Positions 1-8,879 of a stretch of 64,000 bases of DNA are shown one piece after another. The position numbers and the translations under genes are program-made. Source of the DNA: an uncultured Anaerolineales bacterium (GTDB lineage: Bacteria; Chloroflexota; Anaerolineae; Anaerolineales; UBA11858); NCBI GenBank assembly GCA_964621835.1, contig CAZUMA010000002.1, forward strand, positions 92,392 to 156,391. The letters run 5' to 3'. Within the stretch, counting starts at the first letter, position 1; every line of letters begins with the position of its first letter. The notes under the pieces were generated by a model. The model was not told the DNA's origin. It worked only from the letters and a program-made list of their open reading frames with translations, and did no database searches.

Positions 1-123
1 TTTTCGATCCAGATCGGGTTTCCGGGTGGCTCAACCGATTCCGGAGAGATCCAGTCCCGGCAATATCCCCCATCTTCTGTAAGAAGGATTATAATCGATC
101 AAAATCGTCCCAAAGGAATCAGG

Positions 124-885
124 ATGAGTAAAATTTATCCAAAAATTATTGCCGGATTGAGCGATCAACCAGTCCAGGATGTTCGGATTGGCCTGCATTG
201 GACTGCTGTAGTGGTCAGAAAACCAGGAGGGGGGCTCCAGTGCGGTCTTGCCTCGACTCTTGCTGAAGAGCATCATCACACCGGGGAACCGGTCATTCCA
301 GCGCCGGGCAGCCTGCAGCAATCCACAGGGATCGAACTTGCCAGGTGGATAGAGTCTGATATACCTTTGCGGAGAAGTGTGGGCTGCGCCGCCATTAATG
401 CCCTCCTGGAAAGGCAGCCAATTCTGTGGGTGGACCAGAATGCGGAGGCAGAAATCCTCAGCAGAGGGGAAGGGAAAAGGGTGGTCCTGATTGGTCATTT
501 CCCCTTCGTGAAGCGCTTACACAATCAGCTGGAGCATTTTACTGTGATTGAGCTCAACCCTATCGGGGAGGATCTGCCGGCGGACAAAGGTTGGGAGTAT
601 CTTCATAAGGCGGATGTTGTAGCCATCACCGGGATGACATTCCTGAACCACACCCTGGATGGGATCTTATCGGCGATCAAACCAGCGGCATATGTGATGC
701 TCTTAGGTCCATCCACGCCGCTCAGCCCGCTGATGCACAGCTACGGGATTGATGTGCTGGCTGGATCGATCGTGGAGGATATTCCTGGAGTTCTCGCTGC
801 CGTGGGACAGGGTGCGAATTTCCGCCAGGTTCATCAAGCAGGGGTCCGTTTGATTACCCAGACAGAAGCCCACCCAGCGGAATAA
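124..885 (+). CDS. DUF364/DUF4213-type Rossmann-like protein (putative metal-chelation domain family)
   Basis: 253-aa ORF. Its length and layout (N-terminal small domain, then VVLIGHFPF...ADVVAITGMTF...GPSTPL Rossmann-like part) match my memory of the DUF4213+DUF364 family. The frame is open back to window position 1, but ATG 124 gives the typical family length. Confidence 0.55.
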   Translation: MSKIYPKIIAGLSDQPVQDVRIGLHWTAVVVRKPGGGLQCGLASTLAEEHHHTGEPVIPAPGSLQQSTGIELARWIESDIPLRRSVGCAAINALLERQPILWVDQNAEAEILSRGEGKRVVLIGHFPFVKRLHNQLEHFTVIELNPIGEDLPADKGWEYLHKADVVAITGMTFLNHTLDGILSAIKPAAYVMLLGPSTPLSPLMHSYGIDVLAGSIVEDIPGVLAAVGQGANFRQVHQAGVRLITQTEAHPAE

Positions 886-889
886 GTGG

Positions 890-1390
890 TTGGCGGAGGA
901 AATCAGGATCATGATTCGCTACCAGGCAATTGGAAGGATTGAGAGTCCGTTTGGGGAGCTTTCTGGGATGCCGATCCAGCCCTCCGCTGCTCGAGGAGTC
1001 AAGGGACGGGTGGTGATAGACAAGGATTTTTTATCTGGATTGAAAGATCTGGAGGGGTTTTCCCACATCATCCTGCTCTACCATTTCCATCGGGCAGGAA
1101 AGCCTGTGATGCAGGTCAAGCCGTTTTTGGATGAATCTTTGCGCGGCTTATTTGCTACACGAGCTCCCAACCGACCAAACAGCATTGGGCTGTCGATTGT
1201 CAGGCTCCTTGAGGTCCGCGGCAATGTGCTGGAAATTGCCGATGTGGATGTGCTTAGCGGCACGCCGCTTCTGGACATTAAGCCGTACGTGCCAACCTTT
1301 GATCAGCCGGGATCTGTCCGCCTGGGATGGTTAGAGCATGCACAGGAGCAGGCAAAAAACAAGCTTTCGGATGATCGCTTCCAGACCTGA
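890..1390 (+). CDS. tsaA: TsaA/YaeB-family SAM-dependent methyltransferase-like protein
   Basis: Family-typical motifs are present: IGRIESPF, GFSHIILLYHFH, RAPNRPNSIGLSIVRL, GTPLLDIKPYVP. The start is ambiguous: TTG 890 or in-frame ATG 911, which has GGAGGA about 11 nt upstream. Confidence 0.75.
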   Translation: MAEEIRIMIRYQAIGRIESPFGELSGMPIQPSAARGVKGRVVIDKDFLSGLKDLEGFSHIILLYHFHRAGKPVMQVKPFLDESLRGLFATRAPNRPNSIGLSIVRLLEVRGNVLEIADVDVLSGTPLLDIKPYVPTFDQPGSVRLGWLEHAQEQAKNKLSDDRFQT

Positions 1391-1463
1391 CTTTTTTTAA
1401 AAAAAAAGCTCACCGAAAAGAATCACTGAAACGGGTCCTGGTAACCGTGGCCAGGTATTTTTT

Positions 1464-1492
1464 GGAAGGCGGACAATACCAGTCCGCCTTCC
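1464..1492. other. Perfect 11-bp inverted repeat (GGAAGGCGGAC-N7-GTCCGCCTTCC) between convergent tsaA-like and htrA-like genes
   Basis: Read directly from the sequence. The T-run (1457-1463) lies 5' of the stem on the + strand and no U-tract follows on either strand. It is therefore not a canonical intrinsic terminator. Confidence 0.4.
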
Positions 1493-1510
1493 TGGGTAGA
1501 ATGGGGATTT

Positions 1511-2662
1511 CTATTGAATATCCGGTTGATCTCCCAAGGTGATCTCGAGATTCTCAACTGTTCCAGAGCGGATAATTTCCACCGGGACAGTTTCACCAGG
1601 TGAGAAATCATACAAAGCGTTGATAAAGGGGGTGTTTTCATCCAGCGGTCGGTTTCCAAAGCGGGTGATAATATCACCCCGCTGCAGTTCCGCCTGATCC
1701 GCCGGGGTGCCGGGAACGATATAGGTGATATAAACTCCCCAATCCACCGGCAGGTCATACATTTCGGAAATCATCGGGGTGATGGATTCCCAGCGGATCC
1801 CCAGGTATGGCCTGGCAAAGAAGCCCTGTTGGATGATTTGTTCAGCAACCGCTCGGGCCATGTTCGAGGGGATTGCGAACCCCAATCCTTCTGCTGTCGA
1901 TGCGCTGCCTCCCCGGACAATCAGCGTATTAATTCCAACCACTTCCCCGGCGAGGTTGACCAGCGGACCCCCGGAGTTTCCTTGATTGATCGCGGCATCT
2001 GTTTGAATCAATCCTTCCATCTGGTAGTTTTCATTGATTCTGAGCATTCGTTCGGTGGCGCTGACCACTCCAACAGTCACCGTGTTTTTGAACCTTCCCA
2101 GAGGGGAGCCAATCGCAATCACGGTTTCCCCGGGAGAAAGGTTCTCAGAGTTGCCCAAATTGGCAAATCCAGGTACCTGGTTTGGATCTGTCCAGAGCAC
2201 AGCCAGGTCTGCAAATTCATCCGTTCCTACCACATCTGCATCCACTTCCGTACCATCTGCCAGGACAATCGATACCTGCTCGGTTCCTTCGATAACGTGG
2301 TTGTTCGTGAGGATATACCCATCTGAGGAGATAATCACACCGCTTCCGCTGACCTCCTGGTTTGCGGTTTGGCTGAAGAAGGATGGCTCATCTGCGATCA
2401 ACCCCAACACAGTGACCACGGAGGGACTGATCTCCCGAACCGCATCCGTGATTGTGGTTTCCAGATCAGTATTGGAAAGCTGGATCTGCATCGCTTCCGG
2501 GGTGGTGGCTGGAGGTTCAGCGGCTGCTTCTGTTACCAGCTCTGTGGTTTGGGTTTGGAGCAGTCCATAGACTACTGCCCCGCTGACCACGCCCCCTCCC
2601 AGGGCAGAGATCATCATGATCAAAACCAGGATGATTACCTCACGGCGTTTGTTGACAAACAT
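1511..2662 (-). CDS. HtrA/DegP-family serine protease with C-terminal PDZ domain
   Basis: Catalytic motifs TNNHV and GNSGGPLV are present, with an N-terminal TM helix and a PDZ-like C-terminus. Start set to ATG 2662 (MFVNKRRE, GAGGAG upstream) rather than 2713. Confidence 0.9.
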   Translation of the reverse strand: MFVNKRREVIILVLIMMISALGGGVVSGAVVYGLLQTQTTELVTEAAAEPPATTPEAMQIQLSNTDLETTITDAVREISPSVVTVLGLIADEPSFFSQTANQEVSGSGVIISSDGYILTNNHVIEGTEQVSIVLADGTEVDADVVGTDEFADLAVLWTDPNQVPGFANLGNSENLSPGETVIAIGSPLGRFKNTVTVGVVSATERMLRINENYQMEGLIQTDAAINQGNSGGPLVNLAGEVVGINTLIVRGGSASTAEGLGFAIPSNMARAVAEQIIQQGFFARPYLGIRWESITPMISEMYDLPVDWGVYITYIVPGTPADQAELQRGDIITRFGNRPLDENTPFINALYDFSPGETVPVEIIRSGTVENLEITLGDQPDIQ

Positions 2663-2684
2663 TAAAAACTCCTCTTGGGTAAGG

Positions 2685-3380
2685 TTACCGCCGGCGGCTT
2701 CCACCGGAAACAATCGAGATCCAGTACAGCAGCTGCATCACTGCAGTAAATAACGCGGCCACATAGGTGAGCGCTGCGGCATTTAACACCCCATCGACCC
2801 CTTTTTCTTCCTCGGCGGTCTGGATAACCCCGCTTTGTTTGAGCATTTTTTTTGCTCGGGCTGATGCATTCAGCTCAACCGGCAGCGTTGCGAGCGCAAA
2901 GACAGCCCCGCCGGAAAATGCAAACACGCCGAGCCAGGCAATCCCAATTGCGTTCAGGAGCAATCCAACCATGATCAGGATCCAACCGAGCGTGGAGCCA
3001 ATATTCACGGCTGGGACGAGAAATGACCGCAGCTGGAGAGGCAGGTATTTTTGCTTATCCTGGACCGCATGTCCTAATTCATGAGCCGCAATGGCAACCG
3101 AGGCGATGGAGCTTCCCTGATAGACAGCGGGGGAAAGACTGAGAACTTTTTTCCTGGGGTCATAGTGATCTGTCATCCGTCCAGGAATTTGTTGGATCTG
3201 CACACCCTGGAGATTGGCCGTGCGGATTAATCGCCGGGTTGCTTCTTCCCCTGTGATCCTGGTTGACGTGGGGATTTTTCCCCATTTGGTGTACATGGAG
3301 CGCACATACCATTGTGCTGCCAGCATAACAAGCAGCGCCGGTGCCATAAAAATTAGATATTGAGGGTTGTAAAAAAACAT
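2685..3380 (-). CDS. YugP-like membrane zinc metallopeptidase (Zn_peptidase_2 type)
   Basis: HELGHA zinc motif, an N-terminal TM and C-terminal TM helices. Start set to ATG 3380 (MFFYNPQ, GGAGG upstream). The longer ORF to 3545 would overlap the upstream S41 peptidase gene. Confidence 0.8.
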   Translation of the reverse strand: MFFYNPQYLIFMAPALLVMLAAQWYVRSMYTKWGKIPTSTRITGEEATRRLIRTANLQGVQIQQIPGRMTDHYDPRKKVLSLSPAVYQGSSIASVAIAAHELGHAVQDKQKYLPLQLRSFLVPAVNIGSTLGWILIMVGLLLNAIGIAWLGVFAFSGGAVFALATLPVELNASARAKKMLKQSGVIQTAEEEKGVDGVLNAAALTYVAALFTAVMQLLYWISIVSGGSRRR

Positions 3381-3391
3381 TCTCCGCCTCC

Positions 3392-4669
3392 CTAACTCTT
3401 TTCCTCGATAAGATCCAGCAGTACCTCGATGGCTTTGTCCAGCTGAGGGTCCTGTTCGTTTTCTAGATCTTCCTCGGTATACTCTACTTGGTATTGAGGA
3501 GTCAAACCGATCTCGCTGATTTGACGTTTTTCTGGGGTCAGCCATCGAGCGATTGTGATTCGGACCGCACCCTGGTCATTCATTAACTCAATCCAATTCT
3601 GTACAGATCCTTTGCCGAACGTTGTTGCTCCTACCAGCGGACCGCGCTGGTAATCCTGGATCGCTCCGGCAACAATTTCTGAAGCCGATGCTGAGCCTTC
3701 ATTGACCAGAACGACGAGGGGAATCTCGGTAGCGAGTCCATTCTTGCTGGAGGTGAAGGATTTGATTTCCTGGTCTCCTCCATAATCCTCGTAGAGAATC
3801 ACCTTGTTATCCAGGAACTCTGATGCTACCTGAACCGCAGTGTTCAGGTAGCCTCCCCCGTTGTTGCGCAGATCGATGATCAACCCGGCCGGGTCCTGCT
3901 CAAGAAGTTCCTGAAGACCATTCCGGAGTTCCCCAATGGTTTCTGTTCCAAAGGTGTAGATCTGGACATAGCCAATTCGATCCTCCTCCAAAAATTCCAC
4001 TTCGATACTGGGTAAGGAAATTTTTTCCCGGGTGATTGTCACGTCAAATGGGTCAGGCTCACCTTCCCGCCGAATCGTTAACACCACCTCGGAACCGGCT
4101 GGGCCGAGCACCTTGCGGATCGCGACATTCCCATCAATCCCGGTCATGTCTTCCCCATCAATCGCAATCACCTCATCTCCCGGCTCCAGGCCAGCCTCTT
4201 CAGCAGGAGAGTCCGGCATGGGGCTGATAATGGTCAAGAACTCACTATCTGTATCCACCCACGCTCCAATCCCCTCGTATTCGCCATCCATGGGAATATT
4301 TGCCTGAAAAAACTGATTCGGGTCCATATACGAGGAGTGCGGGTCGCCCAGTGCATCCATCATCCCGGAAATCGCCCCTTGCATCAGAGCCACATCATCG
4401 ACCGGTTGGTCAACATATTGTTCATGGATGATATTCCATGTTTCCCAGAAGGGCGCGAACAGGTCCTCTGTGGAATTTTGGGGATTTTCAGCCGGGCTGT
4501 GATCCTCCTCATTGCTCGACAAGACCAGCGGCGTTCGATTTGGTGAAATGGATTCCAGAGATGCTTGCGGAAGGAACGCGTTGCCAACAATTACCCCGGC
4601 TGCGAAAGTGCCGGCGATCAGGACTACCACAGCTAAAATGCCAATCATCATTGAGATGCGATTTTTCAT
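3392..4669 (-). CDS. ctpA: S41-family carboxy-terminal processing peptidase (PDZ + tail-specific protease domain)
   Basis: GLEPGDEVIAIDG PDZ segment, LIIDLRNNGGG, and VVLVNEGSASASEIVAGAIQD with the catalytic Ser context. An N-terminal TM is present. Start at ATG 4669 (MKNRISMM, GGGAG upstream). Confidence 0.9.
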   Translation of the reverse strand: MKNRISMMIGILAVVVLIAGTFAAGVIVGNAFLPQASLESISPNRTPLVLSSNEEDHSPAENPQNSTEDLFAPFWETWNIIHEQYVDQPVDDVALMQGAISGMMDALGDPHSSYMDPNQFFQANIPMDGEYEGIGAWVDTDSEFLTIISPMPDSPAEEAGLEPGDEVIAIDGEDMTGIDGNVAIRKVLGPAGSEVVLTIRREGEPDPFDVTITREKISLPSIEVEFLEEDRIGYVQIYTFGTETIGELRNGLQELLEQDPAGLIIDLRNNGGGYLNTAVQVASEFLDNKVILYEDYGGDQEIKSFTSSKNGLATEIPLVVLVNEGSASASEIVAGAIQDYQRGPLVGATTFGKGSVQNWIELMNDQGAVRITIARWLTPEKRQISEIGLTPQYQVEYTEEDLENEQDPQLDKAIEVLLDLIEEKS

Positions 4670-4848
4670 ACGAAACTCCCATGTTGAGTACCCGATATCA
4701 AGGGAATCCTTGCAGATTCCCATCTAAGGGTATCACCTTGAGATTAATGAATTGTAAAAGCAATATCTATTTTTTGTTTAGTTTTTCCTCAGGGAGGGGG
4801 ATGGTGAGATGATATCCTGCTGCGTGAGATCCAGCACACCTGAAAAGA

Positions 4849-7800
4849 TTATTGGGATCGTATCGTGGGAAGGTGGATTACCTCCAGAATTAAGGGGCGA
4901 TTTAATTCTTCCTCCAATTCGGCGGCGAGGGCCTCAATCTGATCCTGCTCCACTGGTCCCGTTGAGCGGATGGAGGCGGTGATGGTCAGCTCCCCCCCTG
5001 TTTCAAGGCGCTCAATTTCCACGATTGTATATTCATCAGAAAGGCTGCTGTCAATCAGGATTTGTTCAATTGTTTTTTGATCCCGGACTTGTTTGATGAT
5101 CCCATTCATGATGATCCCGAGGGGAATGGTGATTAAAAATACCAAAAAGGTCATCCCTATAATTCCCCTTCTCACACGCCGTTTGGTTTCCGCTTCGACG
5201 TTGAGGGGATGGATGCCCAATAAGGTAAAGATGATCACCCCTGCTAAACTGATTGTAATAATGTTGGTTGCAAAGAGCAGCAAAGCTCCCCCGGCAACCT
5301 GCGCGTTTCCCGTGGCCACACCGACCCCCACCGCACTTAGTGGCGGCGCCAGGGCTGCTGCAATCGCCACTCCGGGCAGTGCTGCACTGACATCCTTGCG
5401 GCTGATTGCATAGGCGCCAGCCATCCCGGAGGCTAAGGCAATAAATAGATCCAGCAAGGTCGGCTGGGTTCGAGAAAGAATTTCCGGGGTCATTTCTTTG
5501 AATGGAGAGAGCAACCCAATCAAGAGGGCGACAACGACGGAAGCAATGAATCCTTTCAAGACCGACTCGAGCGAAGTTCTGATTAAGCGGACTTCACCAA
5601 GGACAATTCCCATTGAAAACCCAAGAATCGGGGACATCAAGGGTGCAACCAGCATGGCGCCGATCACAACTGCCGGGCTGTCGAGCAATAAGCCGAGCGT
5701 TGCGATGATGGAGGAAAGAATAATCATCACAAAGTAATTCGTTCCGGGTTGAGCATCTGCAATGAGTTCTTCCCGAACTTCTAACTGCTCCTCGGTGGAC
5801 AGGGTGGGGAACAAGTTATAGATAGTGGTCAGCAAACGCCTGAACCAAAAATCAGGAGCCCCTTTAAACCCTTTGACCACCACAGCCAGCTTGGACGATT
5901 GGGCGGCAATTCTCTGCGGAACACTGCCGAAGGTAAATTGATCCAGTGTGCCCTGCTCCGATGCACCGATGATGACCAGATCGTATTGCTGCGCTTCCTT
6001 GGTGATGCCGTCCAGGACATGGTCAGCCATGATCACTTTAGCTTCAGGAGGGGAGCTGAAATCGAGACCTGTGAAGGTCTCCTGGATGGTTTGCCTGTTT
6101 TCTTCCATCCTCCGGGGGGTTGCCCGACCTACCTGCACATACAATCCGGTCACTTTCGCCTGGTATGCCTGGGACAGGTGGGCGGCAATCCGGGCCCCAA
6201 TAGGAGCATTCGGTCCGCCGGAGGTGGGCAGCAGAATGGAATTAATCTTGTTCCAGGTATCCCCTTTCATCACCAACACATCGCAGGGAGCATTCCGAAG
6301 GACAGGGTCAATTACCGGTCCCATGGAAGTTGGGAAGGATCTATCATCGCCTTTCCAGCCGAGGATGATCTGATCAACCCTTTCCTCCCGAGCGGTATCA
6401 AGGATTCCCTCTGGCACACTGCGCGATACGCGGGTCATGGTTTGCACCTGGAATTCCTCTTTGGTAGCTTGAGCGATCGCTCGGTCCAGAAGGACACGAT
6501 CCGATTCGGCCTGCCTGCTTCCTTCTGAGAGCGAAACTTGGTTGGGAACGGTGATCACACGCAGCGCGATAACCTTCCCCTGCTGTTGTCTGGCCAGGGT
6601 GCCTGCCATGTGCAGCAATGTTTCGGCTGTATCCGGGTTTGCGATTGGAACCAGGATGCGGACGCTCTTTTTTGTCTCCTGTTCCATCAGGGGCGCTTTA
6701 AATACAGTGACCCCTTCTTTTGCCGCGATACTGTGATACCTTCCGTAGAGGATGAAAACGCTCAACCCCACCACGAATAACCCTGCACCAACCAAGAGGT
6801 GCTCTCTCCAGGTGAGCAGCAGCAAGCAATCCAAAACAACAGCAAGAGAAGGCAGCCAGGGATGGATCGGGAGGGTGAAAGAAGAGGATGCCAGCTGTTC
6901 TCGCTGGATCAGGGAGATATTGATAAAAAGGAGCACCAAAAGGTACAGCAGGCTGCCTGATTTCGCAAGCAGGTCAGCGGGGATGGGTAAGGAGAGGAGA
7001 ATCAGGCCGGTTAGAATGCTGATCAGATAAATCGGGGTCCGGGCGTGCAACCGTGTTTCTAAGAGAAAGCTCGGCCAGAAACCATCGGCTGTCATCGCGT
7101 ATCCCAGCTGGGTGATCATCAGCATGATCCGTTTCAATGCGATGGGGATAGCTGTGATGCCCAGACCGAGCATGAGAATCTCTCCCGTTCTTCCCGCTGC
7201 TGCTCTGCCAAGGGAGACCAGGGGGTTTGCAGTCCCAGCTGGGAGATCAGGGCCTAAGACGCTGATGGTGATTGCAAACAGCGCTGCGCCGATTGCCCCT
7301 GCCAGGAGAGGGGATAAGAACAGGGCCCGGGGGGAATTGGTGGTCCGGCGGGTCATTTCTCCTTGAACGCTGGAGGTGATTTCCAATCCTAAAAAGCTCA
7401 GGAGCAAAAGGTGAAATGCGGGCTGCCATTGATACTCCCTGATCTGGAGATTTTCACTGCTGAAATCCGGGAAAGCAAAAGCACTGAGAATGAGAACTCC
7501 CAGCCACACCAGCGTCAACAGGAAGCGGTTTCTTCTCTGCCTGAATGTAGTGATCTTATTGAGGAAAACTGTCAAAACGAGGGCAGCGGCTGGAATCACC
7601 TGCGGCAGGGAGAAATCAAAAAGCAGCAAAAGGAGTTGATGGGTCAGCTGGCCAAAGCCCTTGGCCAGCAAACCAGCTCCTGCAATGCCAGCGAGCAGCA
7701 GCAGCCAGCCAGTCATGAAGGAAATCCAATTGCCTTCCTGACAGATTTCCACCAGCTGGTAAGCACCTCCGGCTCTGGGCACACTCATTGACAGTTCAAC

Positions 7801-8001
7801 GTACCCCAGCAGATTTACGATTGTGAACAGCGCAGTCAAAAACATCAGCAGGGGAGAAAATGACCTGGCGTAAAATATTACATCCCCTGCAAGGATAAAC
7901 AGGGAGAGGACCAGGATCACACCAAAGCTCATCGTGACTGCTTTGAGAAGGCTGATCCCAAAACTAAATCTGATTTGCTGGGGAAATTGATTTTCTTCCA
8001 T
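4849..8001 (-). CDS. 1050-aa fusion: APC-type amino-acid/polyamine permease + two universal stress protein (USP) domains + DUF389 membrane domain
   Basis: The N-terminal ~430 aa is multi-TM with an APC-like GGAYQLV segment. The middle carries two USP-like units (VRILVPIANPDTAETLL...; ILLPTSGGPNAP...YDLVIIGASEQG...GSVPQRIA). The C-terminal ~300 aa matches DUF389 (VVIGAMLVAPLMSPILG...). Confidence 0.75.
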   Translation of the reverse strand: MEENQFPQQIRFSFGISLLKAVTMSFGVILVLSLFILAGDVIFYARSFSPLLMFLTALFTIVNLLGYVELSMSVPRAGGAYQLVEICQEGNWISFMTGWLLLLAGIAGAGLLAKGFGQLTHQLLLLLFDFSLPQVIPAAALVLTVFLNKITTFRQRRNRFLLTLVWLGVLILSAFAFPDFSSENLQIREYQWQPAFHLLLLSFLGLEITSSVQGEMTRRTTNSPRALFLSPLLAGAIGAALFAITISVLGPDLPAGTANPLVSLGRAAAGRTGEILMLGLGITAIPIALKRIMLMITQLGYAMTADGFWPSFLLETRLHARTPIYLISILTGLILLSLPIPADLLAKSGSLLYLLVLLFINISLIQREQLASSSFTLPIHPWLPSLAVVLDCLLLLTWREHLLVGAGLFVVGLSVFILYGRYHSIAAKEGVTVFKAPLMEQETKKSVRILVPIANPDTAETLLHMAGTLARQQQGKVIALRVITVPNQVSLSEGSRQAESDRVLLDRAIAQATKEEFQVQTMTRVSRSVPEGILDTAREERVDQIILGWKGDDRSFPTSMGPVIDPVLRNAPCDVLVMKGDTWNKINSILLPTSGGPNAPIGARIAAHLSQAYQAKVTGLYVQVGRATPRRMEENRQTIQETFTGLDFSSPPEAKVIMADHVLDGITKEAQQYDLVIIGASEQGTLDQFTFGSVPQRIAAQSSKLAVVVKGFKGAPDFWFRRLLTTIYNLFPTLSTEEQLEVREELIADAQPGTNYFVMIILSSIIATLGLLLDSPAVVIGAMLVAPLMSPILGFSMGIVLGEVRLIRTSLESVLKGFIASVVVALLIGLLSPFKEMTPEILSRTQPTLLDLFIALASGMAGAYAISRKDVSAALPGVAIAAALAPPLSAVGVGVATGNAQVAGGALLLFATNIITISLAGVIIFTLLGIHPLNVEAETKRRVRRGIIGMTFLVFLITIPLGIIMNGIIKQVRDQKTIEQILIDSSLSDEYTIVEIERLETGGELTITASIRSTGPVEQDQIEALAAELEEELNRPLILEVIHLPTIRSQ

Positions 8002-8107
8002 ACCGTTGTCCGGGCTTTAATTCACGTTCCTTCCCCCCAGGCAGTTGAACCATGGTGAATGAATACTGCTCAAGGATGGGCGCATGCACCAGCTGCCCGC
8101 CTCACGG

Positions 8108-8749
8108 TCAGCTCCACAGCTGGGGTACTTTGGAACCGATCTCAAGGATATTTTTGATCTGCAGGTCTACCCCATCCACGGATCCGTTTTCTCCTACCAG
8201 CACCGTTGTAAAACCGAATTCTTTTGCAGCAAGCAAATTGGGAACTAAATCATCAAAGAGCACACAGGCGGTTGGATCATCTGCACCGGCAATTTGCAGT
8301 GCTTTTTGGTAGGCAGGTGGATTTGGTTTAACAACAAAATCCAGGGCGTACAGGTCGACCACCCCTTGAAAGAGATCCCTAATCCCTAAGTAGGTCAGCA
8401 CTCTGGATGCATGGCGGTGATCGGCATTCGTAAAGACCCATAACTCTTGAGGAAGGCTGGCTAACAGCTTATGGAGTGCTTGATCGGGTTTGAGATAGGG
8501 CTCGAGGGGGATGTTGTGAACGAAGTCCAGATAATCATCCGGTTCCACCTGGTGATGGATCCTTAACCCCTCAAGTGTTGTTCCATAAGTTGTCCAATAA
8601 TGATCTCGAAGAGAGGGCACTTCCTGGGCGGGGATGCTCAATTCTTCAATCATAAAGCGAAAAATGCGTTGCTTGATGAGATCCCAGAGACCGCTGGAAG
8701 CCGGGTAGAGGGTCGCATCGAGGTCAAAAAAAAGGGTAGAAAATGTCAT
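8108..8749 (-). CDS. HAD-superfamily hydrolase (pyrimidine 5'-nucleotidase-like subfamily IA)
   Basis: FFDLDATLY (DxD nucleophile motif), VFTNAD, KPNPPAY and LFDDLVPNL motifs. Start set to ATG 8749 (MTFSTLFFDLD). The upstream 125 codons of the 338-aa ORF are low-complexity and run antisense into mutL. Confidence 0.85.
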   Translation of the reverse strand: MTFSTLFFDLDATLYPASSGLWDLIKQRIFRFMIEELSIPAQEVPSLRDHYWTTYGTTLEGLRIHHQVEPDDYLDFVHNIPLEPYLKPDQALHKLLASLPQELWVFTNADHRHASRVLTYLGIRDLFQGVVDLYALDFVVKPNPPAYQKALQIAGADDPTACVLFDDLVPNLLAAKEFGFTTVLVGENGSVDGVDLQIKNILEIGSKVPQLWS

Positions 8750-8867
8750 AGGGGCATTATACCTGATCAGGTTGGATTCCCTGGAACAGAAGAACAACAA
8801 ATCATCCGATTGGCGTTGAGTACTCACAGATCTATCAAAACCTGGGGTTCTCTCTGGACAGCTCCTG

Positions 8868-8873
8868 TATAAT
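8868..8873 (+). promoter_or_regulatory. TATAAT -10 box 6 nt upstream of the mutL ATG (possible leaderless transcript)
   Basis: Read directly: TGTATAATagcatcATG. There is no Shine-Dalgarno sequence between the box and the start. Confidence 0.3.
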
Positions 8874-8879
8874 AGCATC

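Noticed and set aside
31-498. 155-aa minus-strand ORF at the window start
   Set aside because: It lies entirely antisense to the better-supported DUF364-type gene and its upstream region. It has no recognisable motif and a Trp/Pro/Gly-rich composition typical of shadow ORFs.
1436-1492. Hairpins after the tsaA-like gene, as rho-independent terminators
   Set aside because: The strong 11-bp stem has its T-run on the wrong (5') side for the + strand and only an A-run for the minus strand. The stem that does precede the T-run (CCTGG/CCAGG) has only 5 bp. The strong stem is recorded as a plain hairpin feature only.
3381-3545. Upstream extension of the YugP-like peptidase ORF (286-aa version)
   Set aside because: It would overlap the S41 peptidase gene by 150 nt, and its sequence is an Arg/Gly/Ser-rich reverse-frame artefact. 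An internal ATG with a GGAGG SD fits the family N-terminus.
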